This document shows positions 46,792 to 58,777 of a stretch of DNA of 64,000 nucleotides, piece after piece; position 1 is the stretch's first letter; each line of letters starts with the position of its first letter. The stretch lies in the NCBI GenBank assembly GCA_964247055.1, contig OZ176052.1, positions 8,804,001-8,868,000 on the forward strand, given 5' to 3'. The DNA comes from Paragordius varius. Its lineage: Eukaryota; Animalia; Nematomorpha. Made by a program: the position numbers and the translations under genes. The notes below the pieces were generated by a model, which was not told the origin of the DNA, searched no databases, and was given only the letters and a program-made list of their open reading frames with translations.

Positions 46792-49090
46792 TTATTTTAT
46801 CCATAACTTAAGTCGATAAGCGTCCAAACCATTGAGATAATAACGAAACAAATATTTTTCGCGATAAAATCCCAGGTTTTGGTACAGAGAAAGTGCGGCG
46901 TGATTTGTGATTTCAGTTTCTAGCACAATCTAAAAATTAATAAAAAAAACTTGAGCACATCCCATTTCAATCATTTTCTCAATGGCCATGCTAACAAGTT
47001 TGGAACCTACAAATGAAATAATAAATATAAACATATTTTTTGAAATATATATATATATATATATATATATCAAGCATGGGTGTAGCTTTTTATTTAATAT
47101 AGGGTAAAATCTGTAGGCGTTTATAACCGCATAGATCTGAAGGCATTCATAGAATGGTAGAAAGGTAAGGTATGTTTGTGCAAAAAATGAAAATATTTAA
47201 AAAGTAAGAATTATTAAAATCTGATTCTGATCTTAACGTCGCAAGTGACAATATGGAGATTTCTGCACTGTCACTAATCAAAACTAACAAGCGTTAATGA
47301 GAAAGGAGCTATTGTTTTAAAAACAATTAGTAAGTGAATTATACAATCATGCCTAGACAGTGATAGGGTTCAACTAAACATATTGGCAATACAGGTATGC
47401 CGTCGTGCGAAACTCATATATTAAATTAAGATATTTTAATGCCTTAAAATGCAGAAAAAAATTGTGCTGAAAAAAAAAGCATTGGAAAAAAATTAAATCT
47501 GACATCGTGACGCTAAAAAACGTGTATTTTTGGAATCATCGATGTTTTAGTCAGGAATTAAATATAATTTTACAAACAATTAAAATATCTCGGTCATATT
47601 CTTCGATCCGATTCCCTGGAAAAAAAGTATTCTTGGGTTGGTCGATCATACCCGCAAGAGATTGTCCCAGAAACCAGTAGCTCTATATCATCAAATCAAT
47701 AAAAAACCTTACCTTCAAATAATTCGAAGTCTCAAGATCTGCTATGAGAAAACTAAGAGTCGCTATGCGACTAGCTTCTTACACACATTAAAATATTTAA
47801 TAATCATGTTGAAGATAAAATAGAATTTTGATATATGTATTTTATAAGAAACGAATATTTATATTATTGAAAAAGGTTGTTTTTATAATTTAATTCTAAG
47901 AAAATCGGTTGATTTTAGTTGTGTAAGATATATTGCACAAAAAAGTATCCGCAAACAGAGGTTTTAACTGTATGGGTTTGTTAAAAAGATGCATTTGACG
48001 GAGTTTAAGGTAGATTTCAATTACACAGGAGCAAGGCTAATTCGCATAAGTATTTAAACTTACAATATAATTTAATAGTTTATCCACAAAGGGGCTGTGA
48101 TATACACGGAATATATACATATAATAACCGAGGAGGGATATGATTTTCCAAATATTATAATTGGCTAATAACTTGAATTTAGATTTTGACAACTTAATTT
48201 CATTTATATGCTAATATTTTAATGATTAACAAGCTTAGTATTCACATGCAAGTAAGCACTACTTAGAATGGATATTATGTAAATTCGTTTAAAATAAATT
48301 TATCAATGTTTACATACCATGACTGTAACCACTTTAAAAATAACCAGAAAACGTATTGGATGATCATATAAAATGTAAAATTTTTGTTTTTTACCATGAA
48401 AAGCTCAAAATAATTGTCTTATTTGCTTTTATAAACAGGCAAATTATTTAAAACATATTAAATAATAAATGTTGAGCATTCAACAGAAAAATAGATGATA
48501 GTCAAAAAGATCCAATATTACAGTCATGAATGTGTGATTTGTTTTTCATACGTTTTTGTTATGACTTTTTAAGATGCGCAATCAGAGCCTAACTACACAT
48601 TCGCTACTGCAAATATATTTAATAGTATCTTTTTGAAATCATGGTATAATTATGATTTTGGAATTAACTTTGAAAAGTCAATTAATTAATTCACTTAAAT
48701 AATGTTGTAGATTTTTATCTAAAAATTTAGTTCTTTTATCATGTACTAACTAAGAATTTTAATGCCAAAAAACAAAATTATATCTGCGAAAAAATATTAC
48801 CTATCTGATGTCTTCTATATTCCGTTTCCACTGCTAACATGGCAATGTAACCCTCTTTGATTTGATTATTTACATCAGTTTTACATATTATAGACCCAAT
48901 AAGTTTATCCCCATGCGAAGCCTACTGATTAAATAATTATAAAATAAACTATAAAACAAAGCTCAGGCCAATTATGTATAAAGTAGCGGTATGTGTAAAT
49001 TGAATATGGTTCTGATAAATCCTTTGTGATGAGTTTTATTATATCATTAAGAATAGATTCATCGCTGTAAAGAGTATATTTAATATCCAT
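46792..49090 (-). CDS. NAA30: N-alpha-acetyltransferase 30 (NatC catalytic subunit, Mak3), 151 aa
   Basis: Exons 49090-48950, 48921-48801, 47006-46951, 46929-46792. Motifs [52 protein letters not shown] and [15 protein letters not shown]. Confidence 0.93.
47250..47700 (+). mobile_element. Heavily decayed RTE-type LINE 3' relic in NAA30 intron 2
   Basis: [14 protein letters not shown] at about 47583-47624 resembles the RTE motif YFGHILR..SLEK. The remainder is degenerate. Confidence 0.4.
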
Positions 49091-49148
49091 ATATTTTTTA
49101 AAACAATATTTAGTCAATTTAAATTTAGCACATGTTCTCACCTAACCT

Positions 49149-49458
49149 TGTAGCGAAATGTAAACAAGTAAACAAGTAAAGGGTGTAGCGTCGGAAGATC
49201 GTCGGCCACCTGCCGTCAAGGCAATCCCTACCCACCCGTAATGCATTGAGCTTCAGAGCGGGGAAACACATCGGAGGTTGGGGTTGACGTTAGTATCTAC
49301 ATACATAAATAAATGCCTTCATGTTAGATGTGTTACTGTGAGTTAGTATAGTTAATAAGCTATATATAAAGAAATGTATGTTTGATTCTGATTTCAGCTT
49401 TTTATATTTATATGCTGATTAAATTCAGAATATTTCTAAAATACTAATAACCTCTACA
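49149..49458 (+). mobile_element. Probable solo LTR (310 bp)
   Basis: TGTAG...CTACA termini. Flanks AACCT/ATCCT (4 of 5 match, TSD-like). TATATAAAG at about 49363 followed by ATTAAA at about 49418. GC-richer U3-like part. Confidence 0.55.
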
Positions 49459-50074
49459 ATCCTTCGAAAATAGGTTTAAGATTAAACATAAAAAATATAG
49501 AATGTATTGCAGTCATTTCAAATGTTTTCAACTATTAACACCACTACCTTTTCATTTTTTTCTCTTAAACATATTGGGGTATTTTTAAATCCCAGAATTC
49601 AATTTTATAACTACTGTTTATAAAGTTAAATATAAATTTAATTATATAAAAAGGCTTATATTTTTAACTGACTTCTAAAATCTAAAATTGGGGCAACTCC
49701 AAAAAACGATTGAAATGAACAACTGATATTTAAATATACATTATGTTTTTGATGAGAGCATGTAGGTTGAAAGCATTTTAAAGTTATTCAAATTTTCTAA
49801 CCATAATATACATTCATTCCTGTTACAAAGCGATAAAAAATTAAAACAAATATGGCAAAAAAGTTTGAGATGAGGATTTTTAACAATTTTATATTTTTTT
49901 AAAACAAAATTACCTGCCTAAAACGCTTAAGAAAGCATTTTAAATTAAGCTTAATGCGTTAAATATCTTTTAGGATATTCGAATTTTGAATCGCTCTGGG
50001 AGAAACTAATAATGGTAATTGATTGCTAAACAATGTGAATTAAGCCAAAATCTCTTAAAATGTAAAGCTATTAA

Positions 50075-50635
50075 CACTTCGATTCGAATTGGGGTATCTA
50101 AATACCCCAAAATAAATTTGAGTTAGGATTTTAAAAAACTAATGGATGAAACGGTACCAATTAAAATTTATGCTTCTATCGTAATAAAAATTAAATAATA
50201 ATGCAAAAATATCTAAATAAAATTTTGTTTTGAAAAAAATATTCCATGTCAAACTACTTCGAAGCCATTTTTATTATAATTTTGCAAAATATCTTCTCCA
50301 TTTAATTTTAAGGGTAAAATTAAAGTTAATTTTTTATTTAATTTACATCTAACATTGATAGAAATAGAAAAAGCGGGTTATTTTGTAATATTTTCCAATT
50401 TTACATTGTACACATGTCACGTTAACCAAATTTTTATCTTTAGGTTTTAGCCTAAAATAAATAATATCAAGTATTTTTGAATAAAATTTTTTATATATTT
50501 AATGTTATAAAAGTGCAAATTTTTGCCATGGTTTCGATTCCTTCCATATTTTTTTATTTGATTTTAAACAGGCCTGGGGTATCTAACTACCCCAATTTGA
50601 ATCGAAGGACAAAATTAAATGTGTTGCACCAAGTG
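50075..50635 (+). mobile_element. piggyBac-type MITE (family A)
   Basis: TTAA at 50071-50074 and 50636-50639; full family A structure. Confidence 0.88.
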
Positions 50636-53600
50636 TTAAGAAGAAATTAAAAATATGCTTTCTTTAGCCTTTTAGGCGCATTTCACTGCGTCTAAAATAT
50701 AAGCGTTTTAAAAATAACCTGATGAAATAAATATATACTGATAGAAAATATATCCGGATTATTATAGTGCTTTTCAAGTGATTTAATAATATATTTACAC
50801 ATTTTTGGTAAATGCTCCATATCAGATTGCAAAATTTGACATTTTTTTATACAATTTTTTTGGTGAAGGATATATGCTTTATTCCAAAAAAAACTTAAAT
50901 ATATCAAATTTTCCTCATAAAAAGGAAAACAATATTTTTAAAAAATTTCGATTTTTTGATGTAAGCTCGGATAGGCCCCAATTTTTTTGCTCTGCTAAAA
51001 TGGGCAAGTGCTAAAATTTAATTTTCGAAGAAGGTATGTATTTTTTTATTTTTTACAAAATTTATGATTATTAAAATTTTTATCGCACAATCCTACCATT
51101 TTTGCGTATTTTAACATGGAATAATTTATAAGAAATCATTTCCAATAAAACGATAATAAATAAATAATGTCAGGTTAGAAATCAGACAGTTTAAATAAAC
51201 AAATTGAAATAAATTTATAAAACATTCTTATAAATATTATTAATTATATGAGGCTAGTAAAACTAATATGAATGGTTGATTTTGTTTTGTTTTATTTAAT
51301 TACAACTAAATACGTCAAATCACACATGACTTCTCATAAATAACCATAATATTAGTTGATATAATATACATTAAAAATTATAGTACGGACGAAACAATAT
51401 AAAGACAAATATTTTTTTTAAAAGACAAATCTTTTTAAATCCTAAATTTGTAATTGCAACTTGTTTAAAATTTAAAAATATGAAATAAAGTATATTGTTA
51501 ATACAATCCATTATATATTTTACAATTGTAAATTAATAATTTTTATGGGTAATTGGTTATCTTTTGAAAAAATAATGTCTTTATATTTTTACTTGTCCGT
51601 ATAATTACTGTAAATATGAAATATGGATATATTTTATGTGTAGAGAAGTGTTTAATTTGTTTTCGATTTGAATATAGGTTTATTTAAAATGTATTGGGTT
51701 CGAAAATTGATATATCTAAAAGAGATATTAATTGTCTGATTATGTCCATAAATGATTGCATACATAAGAAGTACCCCAAATGAAAACTATTAAGTAATAA
51801 TATTTTTCCGTAAAATTTTGACCAATAAAAGTTTTAAGCGTATTTTCCTTATGACCATAAAGGATGAAAAGTTAATTGATTAATATATAGAGTGATTAAA
51901 TAAATGGCATTCGTCTTGTCATGACTCACGACAATACATTTATTTATTAGCAAATAGAAACAATTTAAAATTTGAAATTAGAATTTACATAAATTTTTTC
52001 CATACACTTTCTTGGTATACAATGAATATATCTTTAATTTTGGAAATTAATTTATCGAATATATCTAAAATTTAACATAAATTTTATGCGCGATGAACAT
52101 ATTACTTAAAAGTGAGTTAATATTTGTTTAACACGAAGAGAGAGCGCAGTTTAATTATAAAAATTTACGAAATCTCTCAAGACGTTTCCATGAATTTGAT
52201 AAAAAATTATACACTTATTTTATTTCCTACTTTAAATTGAGTAAAATTTAATTTAAATATGTATTCATCTCCGAAATATAAATGCGTTTCCGGATTAGCT
52301 TAATAGATTAACATTATATGAGTATTTAGACAATTAATAAATTTTGAATATAATTGTATGATATTGATTTATAAAAACAAACTTAAATATTTTCATACCA
52401 AAAAGCTGTAATTTTGAATGTATATATAATAAATATTTTAATTGTTACAAATTGGTGGACTGATGACACACAGTTAGTATTAATTACTATTGAATGGGGT
52501 CACACATAGTTAAAAAATTAAAATCAATTTTTTATTCCAAAGATGAAAAATTAATTTCACAAAAGATCAATATACTATGAAACTTTTTTAAATTAAATAA
52601 AGCAGTTACGGAATAGTAAATTTTTTTCGTACAAGCTGTAGAATTTTTGTTTGATGTTAATTACACCAAAATTCAATAAAAATTAAATTTGACTGAAAAC
52701 AATGATAATTATTGAAAATATGTGATATCCTTTCGTGGTTGTTAGCACTCATTGTACGACACAATTATTTAAATTGATTTTTCACTTATCATTTCGTAAC
52801 AGCCCATCAACGTTTTTTCCTGCTTAATTAATTGAGAACAAAACAAAAAAAAATCACACTTCCCACACAATCAATTGTTTTCCCAATAACAACTCAAAAG
52901 ATCCATATAATCAATATTATGTTTGTTTTATGTATATTTCAAATTTACAATTTTGGTAAAAATGCCAATCGGTTATACAGCGAAACTAAATTAAAAATCA
53001 TTCAAATTAAATGAAATCAAATTGAAAATTTGAACATAGACACTACGTGTTACCCTAGATTTGGAGTATATCGCAGACTAGTTTTGTCCTCGTTAGCGTA
53101 ATTTTCGTTTAGACTAATATAGATTAATATCTATTGTGTCTGATTAGGTTTTATAAGTTATTTATAGAATATTTTTAATTGTATTCTTTACCCAAACGGT
53201 TTACAAATTATACACTTACTTTTTGAAACTCACTTATTTGAATGTTTACAAATGAGAATTGATATTTTATAAAATTACCATTTTTTTAATTTAAAAATTA
53301 TTTTAAACATTTGCCAATTATTGAAAGTGTGTAAGGTAGATTTTAAGTCCTATCACAGACAACTTTGATTGTTTTAATTATAATTCCACATGGTATAATT
53401 ATCATCGCATATATGAAACTAATTTATCTACATATAGTTTATATTACAAATATGCAATTTATATATTTTAATCATTAATATATGATTTTTTATATTGTTT
53501 TGATAGAATAAATTTAACGTAAGAAAGTGTTTATAGGATGTTTTGATTTAAAAACACCCGAAATATATTATGATGGCTACAGTGTATTGTATAAGTTAGG

Positions 53601-53691
53601 TTTAAAAAAATATTGAAAAAAACACTTTATTATCAAGATTTATGTGTTTGATTATTTTTTTAAAAAAAAGAATAGCAGGAGAAAATCTTAA

Positions 53692-54376
53692 CACTTTAAT
53701 AATAAATAAACATCAACTTTTCTTTTGGAGTAGCTAAAATATTTTAGGGAGACCTCTGATTCTTTTAAAATCAATGACTCTAGTTTTGAGTTATGAAGCC
53801 AAAATATCATATTATAATTACTAAAATAATATAACCTCATCATGTGAGAATAAACTTTGTTTGGATATGAATAATATAGGCTGCAATGTGTTTTGATTTC
53901 TTATATTAATTATTATTAAATATTATCAAACAAATTATTTTTATTATAACATTGATCTACGGTGTTAGATAAAAAAAAGGTTGTTTAACAGTTTTGTAAC
54001 CTCTAGAGTCTGAAAATGTGATAGTTCCAAAACATGATTGAAAATAAAACAGCTGATTTTAAAATCAATAAATGTTTTTGTTGGTCAAATGTAATCTTAA
54101 ATTTTAAAGTGAATTATTAACATTTCTACTATAATGTACCTATATTTGCCTATTGTATTAGCATTAAAAAAATTAAAGAAAAAATGGTAGCGAAAGAGAT
54201 TCAGATAGGAATTTTTACATGATTTTACATTTTTTGAAAAAAAAATCATGAAGCATGCGCCTTAAAAGCTATAGAAAACATTAATTTAAATTTGGACTAA
54301 TATCTTAAATATCTTTTTAAAATTCGAATTTAAAATCGCTTTGGGATTTAAATATACCCCAAAAGGTCATAAAGTG
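53692..54376. mobile_element. piggyBac-type MITE (family C); partial relatives at about 49700-50010 and 59900-60190
   Basis: TTAA|CACTTTA...TAAAGTG|TTAA. The 3' part is shared with the other listed fragments. Confidence 0.65.
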
Positions 54377-55592
54377 TTAACATAAAATTTGGACAAAAAT
54401 AATGAGTTATAAGGACACTAAAAATTTTGGTGGAATATTTGCGATTTCTAAAAATGACCACTTTGTTTAAAAAACATTTATATTATAAGATTTTAAAAAT
54501 TATTAATTTAAAATTGTGTGTGCAAAATTACGAGAAAAATGGTAGTTAATATTTGATTAACAAATTACAATATGTTAAATGATATTTTTTGGAAAATGTT
54601 AGACTGTAAATTTCATTATCATTGTATTGAAGTTGTTAAATTTACAATATTAATATTTTAAACAAAAATTAAAATTTAAAGACAAAACATTAAAACCAAA
54701 AGACAAATATTTTTTTCAGGATTACAGCCATCCATTTAAAAAGCATTATTTTTTTCAATATTACCCAAGTAATAGAATGAATAGTTGGGTATGTTACCAT
54801 TTTAAATCTTTATCCTTTTATTGCACCCGAAAATGATAAGCTACATCAAAAAGGTTTTAAACAAGTATAAGGCGTGTTAAAAAAAATTGTTTTTTATTTT
54901 TTTGCGTTTGCCTTTGAAATTTCAATTTTCACAGTATAGTATTGATGAATGACTATTTATCAAAAGTATTTTCTGACTTTGGTGTTTAATCATAAGTTGT
55001 GTTAAAATTGAGCAGTTTAAAAAAACGAATGATTGATTGATTGATTAGAAGTGCCTTTCATACATTAAAATTTTACATCAATCAATTATATTTTTTTTAA
55101 ATTTTATTATATAAATAGAAATTTAGAAGAGAGTTTTGGATTAAAACGTTACAAATTTAATAGTTTTTGCATGGTATAAAAAATATGCTGTTAAAAACAT
55201 GTCCATATTTTTAGATAATTGTCTTGAAAAACGTAAAATTAATTAAGGTAGGTTATGATTTTATTTAAAATCTGAAAGTAAAGAATTTAGTATCAATTTA
55301 AAATTTTAAAGTGGCATAATCAGAATATATCGATATTTTATAGCTGATATTTTTCGATAATATTGGTGTTCAAATGGCAAAATAGTCCTATAATAAACAA
55401 AATTTCAAATATAACAATTAAGAACCACAACTAAATAATATAGACTGATTCGATAATTGTAAATTAAAAGAATATAGAAAACTCATATTCAAAAAAAAGC
55501 TCTAATCCCCAAAGAGAGATAGATATAAAATTGTCGTCAACAATAAAATGTTATCATTTATTTGCATAATAATAAATATTTATTTGAGCATT

Positions 55593-56078
55593 TTAACTTT
55601 TAACAGGACATGGTTTGGAGCCAGCATACTGAATAACACTAAAGCTTCTTAGAGGAGGATTCAATATAGGATTGAAAGAAGCATTGAATGTGCCTGAATA
55701 TCCAAATAATCCAAATTGATCGACCATTCTTTGTGGATAAGATTTGACATCTTTCCACATGACCGTCTTTTGCTGTTTAAACAGATAATGTTTTTGGGTT
55801 CGAGATTTCTCGGGTGTTTTCACATGTGTCACCATGTGTTGTTTAAGGTTTCCTTTTGTCGCAAAATTTTTTGAACAAATAACGCAATTAAACGGTCTCT
55901 CCAGCGTATGTGTTCGATAATGAATGACGAGGGCAGTACGACAATTCATGACTTTGTAGCATAGGCGACACGTTTTATCATTCGTAGAAATATTTTGCGG
56001 TATTAAACCGTTTTTTAATTCAGAATTCTTTGAAGCAAAATATTTTTGTCTGATTTTTTCCGAGATAGAGATACCCAT
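55593..56078 (-). CDS. Small Spalt/SALL-like double C2H2 zinc-finger protein, 161 aa, single exon
   Basis: [49 protein letters not shown] contains a SAL-box-like FATKGNLK. Intact ORF. Confidence 0.78.
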   Translation of the reverse strand: MGISISEKIRQKYFASKNSELKNGLIPQNISTNDKTCRLCYKVMNCRTALVIHYRTHTLERPFNCVICSKNFATKGNLKQHMVTHVKTPEKSRTQKHYLFKQQKTVMWKDVKSYPQRMVDQFGLFGYSGTFNASFNPILNPPLRSFSVIQYAGSKPCPVKS

Positions 56079-57409
56079 TATAATTTTATAAAATATGTAT
56101 GTAGATAGTTAGATGGAGGTTGTTTTTACCAGGTTATTTAAGATGTTAATTATTATGTAAAAATATTATATATACAATAATAAAAAAATTATTGTTTTTA
56201 AGGTCTATCTATATTTGTAATATACATTCATCAATAAAATTGCAAAACAAAATTAGAGAATTTAGATTTTAGATTGATAATTACACAAATATACGTAAAA
56301 CTTTAAATAAAATAGGCGTTTATGATAAAATAATCATAAAATAATTATAAAAGATATGTAATGTTATATATCCGAATTGTTAAGCAAACACGTATTTTTC
56401 TCAAAAAAATATGTATTATCTACTCCGTAAAGTTAAATTTTTTAAATTTTAAATTTAAAATAAACATAAAATTGGATGTTTGAAAATGTTTCATGATTAT
56501 AATTAATACCCATAGCTAGAAAGTTATTAAGTATTGACAATAGCATATGCAGCAAAGAGAATTATTAGCTAATAATAGTAAAAGTGAAAAAAATAAATAT
56601 TAGCCAATTATATTGCCCTTTGTTGTATATGCTATTTGGCAATAATTGATGACTTGCTAGCAATGTCTTACTCATACTGTATTTTAAACCTCATACTAAT
56701 ATAGTAACCCAACATAAGGACCTCAAAAGTCAATTTATTTAAATCAACATGCCCCTCAAAACTGCCAAGTTTATGCTAATTTTTACAAATAATTTATACA
56801 TCTTTTGTGTGCTTTTTATATAAAGTCAAACAATTTTAATTCAAAAATATATCTAATACTACAATTTTTAATATGTTTAGTAAAAATTTGTGTTAAAATT
56901 TTAATATTGATATTATTTAATAGTTTGTCATAAATTGAATAAAAAATACATGAAATTTTTAACTCATATTAATCAATAACAAATATGAATTTTTTGAACT
57001 TTCATCTAATAATAACAACCAATTTTTCTTCGTTTTTAACAATAACAATAAAATAATTAATGTTGTACACCAACCTCTCTATATAAAAGTTATGTTTTTA
57101 AATATATTAAAATGTTTATCATAGTCTGGCGATTTATATAGATTTTAATTTTAATGAAATTAATTCGACTCGATTCCTTTTTTAATAATTTAATGTTTAA
57201 GCTTTACATAAAGTAAGGATAAATTTAGCTTTAAGGAAATTTTTATTTAAATAAAATGACGTAAGAATAAATTTTTGAAAGGGTAATTAAATATTGGTGT
57301 AATATGTCAAATATAATAAATTTAAAACCACTTTGTCAAGGTCTATCGTCAAGGCCCAATTTTTATATGTGAATTTCACCTAAGCTAATTCGATTGCCAA
57401 TGTTAATAT

Positions 57410-57497
57410 TGCGCATTTTTGCGATTCGAACTCTGGCACTCTACACGCACACATATATTGTAAGCGTCCATGGCCCTACCTACTATACCATCACGCC
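57410..57497 (-). mobile_element. 5' head of a tRNA-derived SINE (second copy)
   Basis: GGCGTGATGGTATAGTAGGTA (A box) and GAGTTCGAATC (B box); similar to 57835-57908. Confidence 0.65.
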
Positions 57498-57639
57498 TTC
57501 CTTAAAAAAATTAATAAAAAAATAATTTGTAACACATTATTTACTTATATCTCCAAATAAATTTGGACCATATTATATTTATATAAATGATATTATCCAT
57601 TAATTTCAAGTTTTTTTATTCGATTTTTTTGACACTTAC

Positions 57640-58570
57640 TGTTGTTGTAACATTACTTGTTTTCACTCGTGAGGAGGTCGTGCATTAATACCTGTCTTGC
57701 CATAGAGCTATGTCAATAGACAGTTTAGAGTCTCTTTTTTCCTTTTTTATTAAAGGGAAGGCACTTAGAATATATCCGGACATGTGAAGGCTTTAACACT
57801 CGACTGACCAGGGCTGACAGTGATGATGGATAAATTGCGTGGTTTCGGGGTTCAAACTCTGGCACGCAGTGTAAGAGCCTGGCGCCTTACCTACTATACC
57901 ATCACGCCTTTACCATAGAGCTATGTCAATATGGTCTTCAGTTTCATTTGTATCTTGCGAGTTCTCTCTATTGTGGTCTGAATCGCGTTTTAGGGCGCTC
58001 ACATCTTCATTATTCTTGATTGACCATCTTTTCAATGTGCCACAACCAAGCTAGTTCATTTTTTATCATTTTTTCTGCCATAAGTTTAACATCAGTGCTC
58101 CCACAAATATATTTTATCTATCCTTAATTTTGTCCATCCTTGTTACACCGCACATTAAGCATTCATTTCTGTAACATTAAAATGGGTTTCAACGGATTTT
58201 AGGCCCCACGTCTGTCATTTGTACATCACTGTGGGTTGAATTGAATTGTATGTAAACCTTACCTTTTACTTTATTATCAATATTTTTATCGCATGACACG
58301 CCTTAAACTTTCGTCTATCTAACCCAATCGTTCTGAATTCTTAAATTAACAGGCCATCTGAACTCACATCCCTAAATATTTGCACCTTTCTTTACGCTTC
58401 AAACCTAGTATCGACCTCCATTTCATGTTGTTTACCACCGCTTATAAATTCTGTTAGCTTTGTTAAATTTCAGAGCGCATTCATTCGGTTTAACCCATTT
58501 TTTACCATTTGCTTTGACTTTGCCAGTGAATCAGACATAATGATTATGTCATCCGCATACATGATATACC
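57640..58570 (-). mobile_element. RTE-type LINE 3' half, decayed, with a (CAA)-like tail and an inserted SINE
   Basis: YADDII at about 58561-58544, then IQPTVMY and QTWGL..ETH, ending TTACAACAACAG at about 57645. Confidence 0.75.
57719..57912 (-). mobile_element. tRNA-derived SINE, about 194 bp, with a 19-bp target-site duplication
   Basis: CCATAGAGCTATGTCAATA repeated at 57700-57718 and 57913-57931. Pol III A box TGGTATAGTAGG, B box GAGTTTGAACC, CTT anticodon-like loop. Confidence 0.8.
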
Positions 58571-58777
58571 ATCCTAACCTTTGATCAACAATATTAACTC
58601 TCTCATTTACGGTATTATAAATAACAACAGGCTAAGCGATGAGACTTCGTGGACGCCATGCTTTATTGCAAAGGGTTCCTATCTTCGTTGGGGAGTTTTA
58701 ACCCAAAGTTGTGAGATTTATAGTCTAATTCTAGCAATTGACAATTTTTATCATACAATTTTGGATTTAGCTTTTAT

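Noticed and set aside
47570-47790. Apparent minus-strand two-exon peptide with a 30-nt GT-AG 'intron' inside NAA30 intron 2 (possible nested gene)
   Set aside because: No homology, start or consistent continuation; the plus strand is better explained as a decayed LINE.
57835-57908. tRNA-Lys(CTT)-like gene
   Set aside because: Anticodon and T stems are mismatched, and it is the head of a TSD-flanked element with dispersed copies, so it is treated as a SINE.
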